From NCBI GenBank assembly GCA_051294375.1, contig CM119269.1:17098265-17162264 (forward strand): a stretch of DNA of 64,000 nucleotides. The letters run 5' to 3'. The stretch is from Paraspadella gotoi. Taxonomy: Eukaryota > Animalia > Chaetognatha. Positions within the stretch are counted from its first letter, which is position 1; every line of letters starts with the position of its first letter. Position numbers and translations under genes: made by a program. Under the pieces are notes generated by a model, which saw nothing but the letters and a program-made list of their open reading frames with translations, was not told the DNA's origin and ran no database searches. Below, one piece after another: positions 31,752 to 45,548 of this stretch.

Positions 31752-31814
31752 TTTGTCCCTGGCGAAAAAATTTGCATTCGCGTCTGTAATTGTTGAAGAT
31801 TTTTTTAGGGAGGA

Positions 31815-32657
31815 NNNNNNNNNNNNNNNNNNNNNNNNNNNNNNNNNNNNNNNNNNNNNNNNNNNNNNNNNNNNNNNNNNNNNNNNNNNNNNNNNNNNNN
31901 NNNNNNNNNNNNNNNNNNNNNNNNNNNNNNNNNNNNNNNNNNNNNNNNNNNNNNNNNNNNNNNNNNNNNNNNNNNNNNNNNNNNNNNNNNNNNNNNNNNN
32001 NNNNNNNNNNNNNNNNNNNNNNNNNNNNNNNNNNNNNNNNNNNNNNNNNNNNNNNNNNNNNNNNNNNNNNNNNNNNNNNNNNNNNNNNNNNNNNNNNNNN
32101 NNNNNNNNNNNNNNNNNNNNNNNNNNNNNNNNNNNNNNNNNNNNNNNNNNNNNNNNNNNNNNNNNNNNNNNNNNNNNNNNNNNNNNNNNNNNNNNNNNNN
32201 NNNNNNNNNNNNNNNNNNNNNNNNNNNNNNNNNNNNNNNNNNNNNNNNNNNNNNNNNNNNNNNNNNNNNNNNNNNNNNNNNNNNNNNNNNNNNNNNNNNN
32301 NNNNNNNNNNNNNNNNNNNNNNNNNNNNNNNNNNNNNNNNNNNNNNNNNNNNNNNNNNNNNNNNNNNNNNNNNNNNNNNNNNNNNNNNNNNNNNNNNNNN
32401 NNNNNNNNNNNNNNNNNNNNNNNNNNNNNNNNNNNNNNNNNNNNNNNNNNNNNNNNNNNNNNNNNNNNNNNNNNNNNNNNNNNNNNNNNNNNNNNNNNNN
32501 NNNNNNNNNNNNNNNNNNNNNNNNNNNNNNNNNNNNNNNNNNNNNNNNNNNNNNNNNNNNNNNNNNNNNNNNNNNNNNNNNNNNNNNNNNNNNNNNNNNN
32601 NNNNNNNNNNNNNNNNNNNNNNNNNNNNNNNNNNNNNNNNNNNNNNNNNNNNNNNNN
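31815..32657. other. Assembly gap (N run)
   Basis: Other gaps at 23548-23572, 31333-31367, 42006-42157, 43218-43242 and 43815-44028. Confidence 0.99.
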
Positions 32658-35600
32658 CCCTTTCTCACCCCTATTAAATATTCCCAGAATCCCCCTTTTT
32701 TTTTCAAATTTTCATTTTCCTCTTAACTTTTAAATCATATTCTTCATCCCCTTAAATCCTGAAAACCTATCCTAGAAAATAGGAAAATTTAATTGAATAA
32801 TATATAATAAATAATTAGATTTTTCTTTAAATTCTACATGAATTTCCTCATTTCCAAATTTTTTTTAATTTTTGGTATCTAACATTCTAATTTGATTATT
32901 ATTTAAAACTACTTTCCCCTCTCTCCGTCTCGATCATATTTAAATCACTTGTCATTTTAATTCCCTAGTAAAATTTCCCTACTTCACAGGAGTTCCATCC
33001 TTTTTCCCATTTCCTAATTGCTTCTTTAAATTTTTCAACCGACGCATCCCTCCCCCCTTCTCCTTTAATATTAAGTCGCGAGTCTTTTTTTCAGCGGAGT
33101 GATAAGTTGTTTAGTCTGCCATCAAATTCAAAAACTAAAAAAAAATACTAAATTTTCTGTTTCTGCGTGGCTTTACATATTCTTCATAATTTCTATCAAG
33201 CCATACTAGTTATATTCTTTCGCATATTTATACCAAATCAAATGCGTCTTTTACGTATTACACAGCTTTTCGGTGCGCCGCAATGATTAAAAATGTTTTT
33301 CTCAGGATTCTGGACTCTCATGAAGTCATATACTCTTAAACCAAAAAAAAATAACGAAAACAAAGAAGAAAAGAATTGTTCTTCTTTGGTCTTTTCGCCG
33401 TTGGCACGTTTCCGAAAGAACGCTCGCCTTTTTCTTATTTCTTTTTACACTTTTCCCTCTTCTTTCACTGATCCTTTCTTTTTCTTTCTTATTATGAACA
33501 TTCTCATTCCTATTCCACTTTTCTCTCTTTCTTACACTAATTTTTCCTTATTCTTATTTCACTTTCCGCTTTTCTTTCCGGAATCCATTCTTTTTCTTTC
33601 TTATTTTGAACATTTTTATTCATATTCCACTTTTCCCTCTTTCCTTCACTGTTTCTTTCTTTTTCTGTCTTATTTTATTCTTATTTCTTATTCCACTTTT
33701 CGGATTCTTTCTTTTTTCTTGCTTTTCCCGCAATTCCCCTCTTCTTACATCCCCATTTCGCAGTCCCAGAGTTATCTATAATCCCATGAATAATCTCTTA
33801 TAATCATAATTAGTTCATCTACTTCAGCGTAAACCGTCAACAGTAAGTTCTACAAACTTCATCTCAATAACAATATCAACAACAACAACAACAACAACCA
33901 CAACAACGAGGACCACAACGACAACGACTGCACGAATTCATCCACCATTTGGACGTCGACCCGAAGATTTCAACCTCCTTCGTAGATTTATGCAAATGAG
34001 GAGGATGCGCCGCCGTAAAAATCCTTCCGCGCGAGAATTCTGACTATCTCTGAACTCTCTCGATGATCCTCTCTGCTTGCAGAGGATGCATCCCTGACTT
34101 CTCCTACTCTCTTCTCTCCTGCCTCCTACTCTCTCTCTCTCTCTGCGTACTCTCTCCAGAGAGGCGTATATCCGAGAGACCTAGCGCGAAAGAGAGAGGG
34201 AAGGAAAGAGGAGGGAAGGGCATCGATAATTAGAGAGAATTGGAAAACAGATTTATCACAATCTGGTCGGATTCAATGAAACACCTCCGAATTTAAGCCT
34301 ACAGCAAAGAATAAGTGGCGATCAGCAGGAAAGAAAACGAGACGAAAAGAATCCCAGAGACTCTATTCTCAGGCGTAGCATCTTCTCTCTCTCATCTCGT
34401 GACTTCTTTCTCTCTACTCCTCTCAAGCATTCTATAGACTTACGAGTTCTCCTCGTCAATCTGCTCAGTGCTTCTTTTTATTTCAGAATCTCTCTTACTA
34501 TCTCTCTACCTCTTCTCCCCTCTTCTGACTCCTTCTCGCATCTGTTCTTGACCTCTCTTCCTCCTTCTCTCTCTCCTCTCCTTCCCTGCTACTACTGCCA
34601 CTCTTCCACCCCGTCTCTCTCTCTCCATATCAACCTTTCCTATACCTCGTGTCTATGAGGAATAAAATTGGTGAAACGTCCTCTCTACGAACTAACCTTC
34701 CCCCTTATGAATCGACTCCACGCCGACCCACTCCCACGCTAGAGTCGTCTGTGGACCCACAGACGTGCCCACGCCCACCAGACCCGATTTTGCACAGCAC
34801 CCCACCGTCCCTCTATCCATGTCCTTTTGGTTACCGTAGCCTCGCGTTTTAATAAAAAAGAAGATGTTTCATCCGTTTACTTTGTTCATGGCGTCCATAT
34901 CTACAGATCTAAACAAAATTTGTTCCTAACAATACTTCCTTCCTCTACCAATCCCGCGTGTCTCTTTCCTAATTCCACACTATAGTCTCTTACCACCAAT
35001 CACCATCAATTATGAGCCAACATACCACAGGCCGACCTAACTTATTTTATTTTTGTACCTAATAGGTTTTCATAGCATGGCTTTGAAAGACCCTTATTCT
35101 CACTCATCTCACTCATGAGACCCTCCTACTCCCCCCTCCCCTGACTCACTTCACGATGCCACGTTAATAAATAAACGACCACCCAATTACTCCCACCCAC
35201 GATCCCTTCTACCTCCAAATCCGAGACCTGCGCGCCCTTGTCTCAAAAACTCCCGCACGCGCTCTTCTGGCTCAGTTCGCGCGTAGGAGTTTTAGCTATG
35301 AATTTTTAATTTAAAAACTCTAACAGCTTCATTTCAGACTGCCTTTCTCGGCACCGACCGCGGGGCTCTTTTGCTCCTGGGCGCGGCACGTGCCCCGAGG
35401 CGCGTCGACTGCGCGGACGCCGCCGCGCCACGAGCCGCCGGAGCCATCCCGCCCCGACACCGCCCTACGCCCGGCCCCCGCCCCGCCGGACCGCCGCCGG
35501 CGCCGGACGGGGCGTCCGAGAGCCACCGCCGAGATCAAAAAGCCCGGGCGTCAGGTTGCCGAGAACGCAGCATCACAGCTCAGCGGCCAAGGATTTAAGA

Positions 35601-35820
35601 TTTTTTCGGGCCGAGGGAGGTAGGCGGAGCTAGACGGCACGATCGGACGAGGGATTGTCGCGACGAGAGAGAGAGAGAGGAGAGACTGAGGTAAGAGGAG
35701 GAGAAGAAGAGAGAGAGAGAGATACGCAAGAGAGAGAAGAAGAATCCTTTATATAACGAGCCATTGTGCGAAGGGGCGGTGGGAGACGAAGGGAGAGGAG
35801 CGATACAGAGACTAAGAGAG

Positions 35821-35852
<32 letters not shown>

Positions 35853-35915
35853 GAGAGAGAGAGAGGAGAGTAGAGAGAGAGAGAAAGGGAGAGAGAGAGA
35901 ATAGAGGAGAGAAGA

Positions 35916-35985
<70 letters not shown>

Positions 35986-36134
35986 AGCGAAGAATAGGAG
36001 TCTTGGGATCTTTGTGTTTTTTCTTTGTGATCGCATCTTTGTGAAGGCTTTAAATTCGATGGTTGTTTATCTGGAATCGAGATGGAAAACGATTCCAATT
36101 CTTTTTCGCCCCCCCTTTCTTCTCTCTCTCTCTA

Positions 36135-36225
<91 letters not shown>

Positions 36226-36771
36226 CGGTTTAGCTTCGCGTCCCCGCTTTTGCGTCATTTCCCTTTGGGGCTTAAATCCGAATCCGACTTCGATTGAAGA
36301 CTAAATTCGTCGCGAAATAACGGATTCGGCGAACAAATAAGTACCGGCACCGGAATACGGTGCTGGATTGCGGCGCTGTATTGCGGCGCTGTAAATCGGC
36401 CTGAAAAGGGGGCTAAAATGTGAGGCGCTCAATAAACGAGAGCAAAATATTAGAAATAAAAAACCCCGCTGAAAACAGGCGCTAGATAGGGGAGCTGGAA
36501 TAAGTCCATAGAACTAGGTGCGCTGAAACCGAGAGCTGAAAAGCAGAACACAACCGGGCACTGGATAGTAGCGCCCGAAACGGGCGCTCGAAACTTGAGC
36601 TGGAAACTGACACTGGAAACCGTTGACGTGCGATGCTGGCGTTCTCAGTTTACTCTGTACTCAAGTGATCTAGTTCTTACTGTTCATTGATATTTGTTAC
36701 ACAAGATGTCAATAATAGCGAAGGACGTTTCGGTTGGCCGCAAATTTCCTCTTCTAACGAATGACGATGGT

Positions 36772-37162
36772 TAGCCCTTGCCATATATCAAAAGCTTTTA
36801 AATCAAAAAACTAGTATTGTGTAAAAGGTTCTCATTCATCATACAAATTTTTTGAACATTTTTGTTTTAATTTACAGTAAATGCTGCCAATGGTAAAAAA
36901 TTGACTTTTTGAGCAATATCTTTTAAAGCTTTATTGTTAGAGGGAAGAAACCCAATCTCTCTTGTAGAGCGGAAAAAAATGACTAATGACTATAACTATG
37001 TTGTATGACTATGTTGTATGACTATGACTATGACTATGTTACATATCTTGCATTATAAATTAAGTTATGTTTTACCAAGTAAATTTTTTTTAAAAAAACT
37101 TATTGTTTTACACAATACTAGTTTTTTTGATTTAAAAAACTTTTGATATATGGCAAGGGCTA
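36772..37162. mobile_element. hAT-like MITE, 391 bp
   Basis: About 55 bp TIR TAGCCCTTGCCATATATCAAAAG.../...CTTTTGATATATGGCAAGGGCTA, perfect 8-bp TSD ACGATGGT (36764-36771 and 37163-37170), internal (ATGACT)n. Confidence 0.92.
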
Positions 37163-37702
37163 ACGATGGTGTCTCCAAGTAATCTCCTTTCAAATCTCTC
37201 TTTAACTCTGAAGCAAAGAGATCAATCGATCCAAAATGGCGTCTTGTAGATTATGAAAAGATGTTCAGCCGCGGAATCGATTCACTCTTACGAATAATTG
37301 GAGGGTCGACATATAATTGTTAGTCACAGCGTTACGCAAAGGGAACCTATGAATTTGTTCTTATGAATTTGCTAAAAGTTAAAAGCTGCACGTCCACACG
37401 TTTCGAGCCTGTCTGGGCTAAATTTATCTGCATGTATCGATTTTACACATCTTTTGTGCATACTGTTTGACTGTGAGTTCGTTCGATTTAGAGATTTTAA
37501 AATGGATACCGAATTTGTTTGAAAATCATTTTGGCAAAAATTTCGGGCAATTGACTTCAACTTCGACGCCGGTGGCGAAGTTTTGGTCAAAGGACATCAT
37601 TCCTCACCTAATTTGCCCTGATGTCACAAATTGGTATAAATACGAGAGAAAATTCAGAAAAAGAAATTGTGGGCATTGTGTTAAAAAGTTTTAAAAAAAA
37701 GG

Positions 37703-39497
37703 ATGACGCTGAACATCAATGCGACGGATCTGACGTCAAACGCGACCGTCACGCCTCTTTCTAATTTCAAAACCTGGGAAAATTATCTCGATTACGCGAT
37801 CTTGAGCGTCATCCTCATTTTCGCTTTGTTTTCCAACGGAATTTCAGTCCAAACGTTTTGCGTAAGTATTTCGGAGCTGGTTTCCATATTGACTAATGAA
37901 AACTGATTAATTATACCGTCAAACATATTTAGAACAAAAAAGTGAGATCGAAATTGGGAAAAACTCTGCCAACTTATCTCATTATTCTTTGCGTATCCGA
38001 CTTTCTTCATTTGATTTTTAAAATTCCATTAAAGCTGAATAAGTAAGTCAATATTTACTAAGACTTTGGTTAGAAAAAAAATAATCTTGTGATTTTATTT
38101 TGTGCATAGGTACACACCTTTCGTGACGAATCTTCTATACAGCTGCGTTTATGGAAATGTGATTGCTGCAGTCACTTGCTCATTAAGTTAGAATACATAA
38201 TTACACATGGTGTACGCAATGTTAAGTTTAATTTATTTTAACTTTGTGAACTTTGTTACTTTTCAGGTCAGCAGATAACAGTTATAATCGCGGCTGAACG
38301 CTTCGTCGCCATATTTTTTCCCTTATATCTTTCTCGCATAAGTAATAAAGTTTCGTTGTGGATTTCCATAGGTATCTCTTTCGCTATCAGCTTTATCCAG
38401 GTAATGACGACAACAAAAAAATTATTGCATCCAATCGATACCTAAACTGCTAACGTTATTTTTAAGTGCGCGTATTTGCGAAAAGAAACTGAGAGTAAAA
38501 TTGTGAACATATTTTTAGGCGCTTTTTCGAAAAATTATACCGATCATGTTGAACAAGGATGGAACAGCGTGTGAAATTAAACCGGAATGGAAATACTTTT
38601 ATACTAAAGTTGGTGGGATACTGGGTAGTTGCAACACTTACCTTCTGCCAACGATGCTTGTCACGGGTAAATCTTGGGATATAACGGAATAAAGTGAAAA
38701 AAAAAGTTTTATTTTTTTTCCTATTTAGTAATTAACCTGGCACTGATTGCGAAACTCTTAAAGCTAAAAAAACAGAGCAAAGGAAGTGGCGACGCGCAAG
38801 TAAGAATTTCAAAGCATTTTTGATTAATTTGCTAAGACCAACTGGAAATACAGTAGAAAAATTTCCTTCTTATTTTAAAATACTAGGCGAAATTCTACTA
38901 AAAAATGAGGTTTATTTTTGATCAGTTGGCGGCTGCAAAAATGATCGTGACTTTGACGGGCGTCATTGCACTTTTAAACTGGCCACAGTGTATCGTACGA
39001 TTGTACTGCCTCATCAACGGAATGAAATACACTGCTTTCAAAGCTTTCCAACGGTTATATTGGTTGTCAATTTTGAATCATTCGCTTCATTTTCCCATTT
39101 ACGCTTTGACAGGTGGAGTTAATGACTCAAAATGAAAAAGTTTTTTTTGAAAAGGCATACATTTTTTATTTTTCAAAAATTTCATGAGAATTTTGTATGT
39201 TTGATTTTTTATGTTATGTCCTATTCTAACAGGCCAAGAATTCCGGCGTCAAACCATCAAGAACCTCAAACATTGGATTCCCTTTAAATCTTCTGAAGAC
39301 GATGAGTTAATGTCCGACAGCAGGTCTAACATTCTTCCTATACATTGTTTTCTAAGTTTGTTCTTTAAGGGCCCGAAACACCGGATCTCGACTGATTTTG
39401 GAAAGATTAAAATATTAATTTGTTTTAACTTTTAACCCTGATTAATTTCAGAAAATCCATGGACCTGTCCACGAGCAAATCGAATGTTTCCGATTGA
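37703..39497 (+). CDS. Rhodopsin-class GPCR, peptide-receptor-like (FMRFamide-receptor/Srw-like), 9 exons, about 340 aa
   Basis: Exons 37703-37861, 37933-38042, 38110-38186, 38267-38400, 38519-38666, 38729-38799, 38926-39112, 39233-39323, 39452-39497 join in phase (1023 nt). N-glycosylation sites NAT x2, TM1 SN, TM2 YLIILCVSD, TM3 C...AAERFVAIFFP, ECL2 Cys, TM5 LLP..INLALI, TM6 LLNWP, TM7 NHSLHFPIY and helix 8 GQEFRR. Confidence 0.9.
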
Positions 39498-40423
39498 ATT
39501 TAAGGAATACAAAACCAAATAAAAAACAAAGCAGATATAAAGGGAAATAAGGATCGGAACCGACCTGAGGAAAATCGAAAAATGAACATTTTATTAGTTA
39601 TTCTTCTACTTTTAATCGAAGAAAGTAACTTTTTATCCTTAATCTCGATAGACTTGACTTCGCTTAATTTTGTGGTCGATCGTCATGGTAACCTTAATCG
39701 ATGAATCTTATCAGAAAACTTATTGATTTTGTATTGTTTATTGCTAATACAATTTTGTCATACTATACTGATCATACGGTGAAATGAAAATCGTCGCTCT
39801 CCTCATAGTACACTCTGTTTTAAACCTATGATTGACACTTTCGGACCAATGGCATTATCTCTCATCGCATCCTAAAATTGACTCGCTTATCCGAACTTAT
39901 CACTGACATGTAAGTTGTATTACGACTTGGATCGAAAACGGAAATGGAATCAATAAATCTAATCTGGACAAATTGGAATCTGACTGGAACAGAATCTGGA
40001 ATCGCATGATCCGAAATGTCTAACTCATAATGTTTATCAACAGTGGTTGTCTTAACTTTGATTTTCTCTCAGACTTGAAAAGAACTGAGGAGAGCGATGT
40101 CTTTTCAATTTCAAATTACAACTTCTTGTCAGTGAAAAAATACACTGTGTCTGTGATGAAAATTGTCTCGGCAAATATATTTTGTTTTCGAATCAAAACA
40201 AAACTCTGACGCAAATCCGTTTTTGGTTTTTTTATTAATCCACTTTCCGCACTAAGATAAGCAACAAAACAAAACTAACGCTTTATAGAACTGTCTATTT
40301 TGCTATGTTAAGTTGGAAGAAGAATAAACAATATTTTCTACAGCCCCTCCCCAAAATATGATGCAACCACAAATCTTGATCGCATCTGTGCAATCGAAAA
40401 GGATTTCGCGCTTCTTAGATTTG

Positions 40424-40555
<132 letters not shown>

Positions 40556-41083
40556 GAGAGAGATAAACAGTAGACAAACAAACACAGAGATTGAGAGACT
40601 CTCAAGACAGTTTTAAAGGAAAGAGACGTTATAAAATTAATTTCCTCAAACAAGAAATTCAAATTTTCGCTGTTGATGACAAAAATCTCAACTTTATTTC
40701 CATGGAAATGTTTTTTTTCAAAGATGCGTCGTCAACTCATCATTTTTTTTTCCCTTTTTTTTCTTGTTCTTCATCATATCTATCATTTCTATCATTTCTA
40801 TCACGAATCGCACCTCGGATTTTATTTAATGTCTTCTTCCGGATTCTTTCGCCCCCAAAGTTCATCTTTATTCGGGGAAAGTGAGAGAATAAAGAGAAGC
40901 GGAGGGGGTGATGTGATGGTGGTTGAGGGGGGTGGTCTGGGGTGGAGGGATAGGAAGGGAGAGGGGGAAGAGAAGAAAAAGAGAATAGGAAGAGAAGAAA
41001 GAGAAAAGGGGGAAAAAGAGTAAAAGAAAGTAAGAAAAAACGAAAGAAAGAAAAAAGAAAGAAAGAGGAAAAGAAAGAAAAAT

Positions 41084-41194
<111 letters not shown>

Positions 41195-41964
41195 AGATAA
41201 AGAGTAAACGCGTGTCTGTCAAGGAGGACGAGGGGAAAAAATCGTGGAAAGGAGAAAATGGGAACGACGACGACGACGAACAACGACGACGAACAACGAC
41301 GACGAGGCGTCGTTTCCGCTGATGACGGAAACAATCATTAAGTTAATGTTGATTATGACGCATCTCCGCCGCTGCCTCCGCCGCCGCCTCCCCAAATGCC
41401 GCTGCCGCCGCCGCCGCTGCCGCCGAAAACCTCAGATCCTCGAACCGGCCCACTCGTTTCGGCCCACGTTAAAAAATCCCGCGATTCATAGTCAGAGAGA
41501 CTCGGAAGAAATATTCTTGCTTAACAAGGATTTGCTTTTGAAGAAATTGATGGAAACGAGGATTTTCACTTTTTATTTTTTACCTTTTATAAAAGACACA
41601 ATTTTTTTTATAAAATTAACTGTTTTAAATTTAAAGGCTAATCACCAAACAGCGTTTGGTTTGGTTTTTCATGGTCTTTCATTTTCAAAACAAAAGTGAA
41701 AAAACATTAAATTCCATTTTTGGATAGGATGACAAACATGAAATGATTATATACGTAATATACGTATTGTTTGTCGCTTGTCTCATGATACTGTTCTATT
41801 CGAAACCCAGGCGGAGCTGTCATCAAGTTTCTTATTTCTGTCAGAAATCTTCTCTTGGTTATTCCTGTGCTCTTCTTCATCAGCTCTCCCACTCTCTCTC
41901 TCTCTCTCACTCTCAACGACGACGAGATGCGAGCAGAGAAGAGAGAGGCAGAGAGATAGAGAGA

Positions 41965-42005
<41 letters not shown>

Positions 42006-42984
42006 NNNNNNNNNNNNNNNNNNNNNNNNNNNNNNNNNNNNNNNNNNNNNNNNNNNNNNNNNNNNNNNNNNNNNNNNNNNNNNNNNNNNNNNNNNNNNNN
42101 NNNNNNNNNNNNNNNNNNNNNNNNNNNNNNNNNNNNNNNNNNNNNNNNNNNNNNNNNNTCTCCACATTATCTGTTCTTTACCGATTTTTTCCTCTCTTTC
42201 ACACTTCTCTCGGCAGGATCGGTATCGTCGCCCCCTGGCCTTCATTTATAAGATTACTTTTTCTCTCTCATTCTTTCTTTCTTTCTTTTTTTATTCCGGA
42301 AAAGGAAAGAAGCGGGGAATAAAAATAGAAGACGCGGACGAGAGTTGGAAGGAAATTAGGAAGGGAGGAAAGGAGGAAAGAAGGGGGAGGTGGGAAAAAG
42401 TAAATTGCAACAATGAGGATTTAAGGATGAGAGGAAAGGAGAGAAAAATTCTAAACTAAAAGACAAACGAGATTGTTATGAAGTTTGTAGTACTTTAAAA
42501 AAAAAGAGAAAAGAATGAAGCACGTAAAATAAAAAAATTGACAAAAATTGAAGAAAAAGGAAATAATTTTAATTAAAAAAATAGAAAAGCAACAAGAGAT
42601 AAAAAAAAAACAGGAGATACAGAAAACAAAACGAAAGTCGGACGAGGGGACAAAAGGGAGTAAGAGAAAGAAAAAGGGCCACAAATTAGAAAAGGACAGG
42701 GGAGATAGAACTGAGAAAGTAAAACCAAAGGGAAAGAGGAAAGAGGAAAAAAAAAAAGAGGCGAGAGGAGGGTAGTAGAGGAAGATGGCGCTGACGAAAA
42801 TAATTAACTCTGTCTCGCGATGAGTCGCCGACGTCAGTGGACGGAGCAGCCAGACAAGCGAATCTCCGACCGCGTCTTCACGCCCCTAGCCCCAGCTGAC
42901 CACCCGCCTTCCCCTACCAACTCTTTCTAGGGATAAATCTTCCCCGAGAGATGATTTTACATAAGCCGTATCATCCAAATTTCT

Positions 42985-43450
42985 CAGATCCGCTTCGTCA
43001 TGAGAATTGTCTTTTGTCTTTGTTCTTTGTATAAATTAAAACTAATTTTTTTCGATCCAGAAGCGTCAGGTACGTTTCGTGCTTCAATAGTCAAAGCTTC
43101 GGGTTCGTCTCGAAACAGAGTCCAGAGATCGGGAAATTCGTATTGTACAAGATTTGGATTCGCGTTCATCATCGACAACGAGTTGAAGCGGATGTGCCGA
43201 TTTGTGGCGGGGAGGGTNNNNNNNNNNNNNNNNNNNNNNNNNCGCCACAAGGCCACCGCTTCAACTCTTGTCGATGATGAACGCGAATCCAAACTTGACA
43301 AACGAATTCCCGATCTCTGGATCTGTTCGAGACGAACCCGAAGCTTTGACTATTGAAGCACGAAACGTACCTGACGTTTGGAATCGAAAAAAATAGTTTA
43401 ATAATACAAGAACAAAGACAAAAAGACAATTCTCATGACGAAGCGATCGA
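42985..43450. repeat. Inverted duplication centred on a 25-N gap
   Basis: 42985-43210 is the reverse complement of 43243-43450 with extra inserted bases. Confidence 0.9.
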
Positions 43451-44042
43451 GAAATTTGATGATCGCTTCATGTAAAAATATTTAAATCCATGGGATTCGT
43501 TTATTTTCCAGAGTTTGATCCTGCGAAGGTAGACTTGAATTAACTTCCTGACCACCAGAAGATTTTTAGCAAAATTCCAGAATGCGACAGACGGGTGGAA
43601 AAAAAAAATCTCATCGAAACCCTCACCTCTCTCAGTCTCACTCGCCTCATCTTTCACCCAACCGCCACCGCCTTTTCCCCACCACGCCCGCCACCCCAAC
43701 CCCTCCGCCCAAACGCCACATCTCTCGGACACCCAAGGCTCATCAGCGTTTTCTCCACCCACGTGTCAAAGGGAGAAAATTACATCCCATCGACTAAGAA
43801 TCATCCGCAGCAAANNNNNNNNNNNNNNNNNNNNNNNNNNNNNNNNNNNNNNNNNNNNNNNNNNNNNNNNNNNNNNNNNNNNNNNNNNNNNNNNNNNNNN
43901 NNNNNNNNNNNNNNNNNNNNNNNNNNNNNNNNNNNNNNNNNNNNNNNNNNNNNNNNNNNNNNNNNNNNNNNNNNNNNNNNNNNNNNNNNNNNNNNNNNNN
44001 NNNNNNNNNNNNNNNNNNNNNNNNNNNNACGCGTACTTCTCT

Positions 44043-44097
<55 letters not shown>

Positions 44098-44180
44098 CTC
44101 TCTTTCTTAGACTCAAAGGGTTAATTTTTAATTGTTAAAGAATTCTTTTGTTTTAAACTGTTATTTTTGTTTGTTTTCAA

Positions 44181-44450
44181 TTTTTAGTTGGATCTGATTA
44201 TAGCAGAAAACGGCTCTATAATTCACTTTGTCGGTCCGTTGGTCCCACAACACAATCTTGTCGGTTTATACTGTACATCACCATTTATATATTCCATGTC
44301 CATTCGCGAGAGATTACAAAAACCATATATTGTGAATATTGATGGTAAATTGTATTAAATCAAAAAGAGAATGTAAGCTTCTCATAACTGATTACCTGCT
44401 TACCGCTAAATGATCAAGGGCAGATTCGGCATTTCATGCGCAAACTTGTT
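44181..44450 (+). mobile_element. Degenerate Helentron/HINE copy
   Basis: Starts TTTTTAGTTGGATCTG...CTCTATAATTCACTTTGTCGGTCC and ends GGGCAGATTCGGCATT...CAAACTTGTT. Confidence 0.65.
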
Positions 44451-44635
44451 TTATTTCTTCTTTACTTTCTTTCTTTTTTTGCCTTTCAACCGTTTCTCTC
44501 TCCTTTTTACTTGTTTCCTTTATTTCTCTATTTCTCCCTTCATTTTTTTTTTGTTTCTTTCCATTAAAGAGTTTCGTTTTTTCTACCCCTTTAACCTCTC
44601 CTTCTATTTCGACTCCCAGTTCTCTCTCTCTCTCT

Positions 44636-44712
<77 letters not shown>

Positions 44713-45463
44713 CCTTACTCATTGGTTCACCGTCACCCAAAATATTTTTTTTGTTTTGTTCCTCGTTTTTAATCACAAGTCGACTTCGAAGTCCTTCCTC
44801 CTTCCTCCTCCTCCTCCTCCTCCTCCTCCTCACGTCAAAACAAAAGACTTCGGCGACACGAGAAAGAAATAAACCCGCGCGAGATGAATATTATTTTTTT
44901 ATGAATCGATTATCTTGATTAATCTTCGGGCTCTGAATTTTCGGGGAATAATTAATGGAGGACAGAAGGTGGGGCTGGAAGAATAGGGAGGTTATGAATT
45001 AGCGGGGGCGCCGTGGGGGGGGGCGCTCGGTTTGTTTTGGGTAGCAGAAAGAGGGGGGTGGGGGTACAAGGCGATGGAAATGGTTGGGTGAGAAAGGGGC
45101 ATTCCGAAAGGTGGGTCATAAGAAGCTGCGTGACCGAGAGCGGCGATGTGAATGTTTTATTAATTTGTTTTTGGTTTGTTTGGTTTATAAAAGATTGTAT
45201 TAGCATAGTAGTTTTTTCTCGCGTTAATCAAGATTTAATATTAACGTCGTCACGTTTGCTGTCGGCTACAATGTTTATTTATGTCAATGTCAAGTCGAAT
45301 TTAGGTTAAGTTTGTTGTACATGCCGACAATCGAGTTTGACACTTCCGAGGTCATTCTTGGTAACAACTAGCGAGTATTCGTGATGTTACAATAGGCTTC
45401 TACAACCAAAATCTTCATCGACTCTTGACGAATCTTAGAAGATGTGGAGGAATTGGGAAAGGA

Positions 45464-45464
<1 letters not shown>

Positions 45465-45525
<61 letters not shown>

Positions 45526-45548
45526 TCGACGACGACGACGACGACGAC
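45465..45548. repeat. (GAC)n microsatellite
   Basis: Near-pure trinucleotide run; source of the poly-D and poly-R ORFs. Confidence 0.95.

Noticed and set aside
31129-32733. Long 534, 295 and 300 aa ORFs
   Set aside because: They are open only because they run through N gaps.
41305-41335. Hammerhead core CTGATGA..GAAAC
   Set aside because: Only 2 nt lie between the boxes (no stem II); it is a simple GTTTCCG/CGGAAAC hairpin.
42985-43450. Long hairpin as a miRNA/siRNA precursor or MITE
   Set aside because: It is centred on a 25-N gap and one arm has raw-read-like insertions; probably a gap-fill artefact.
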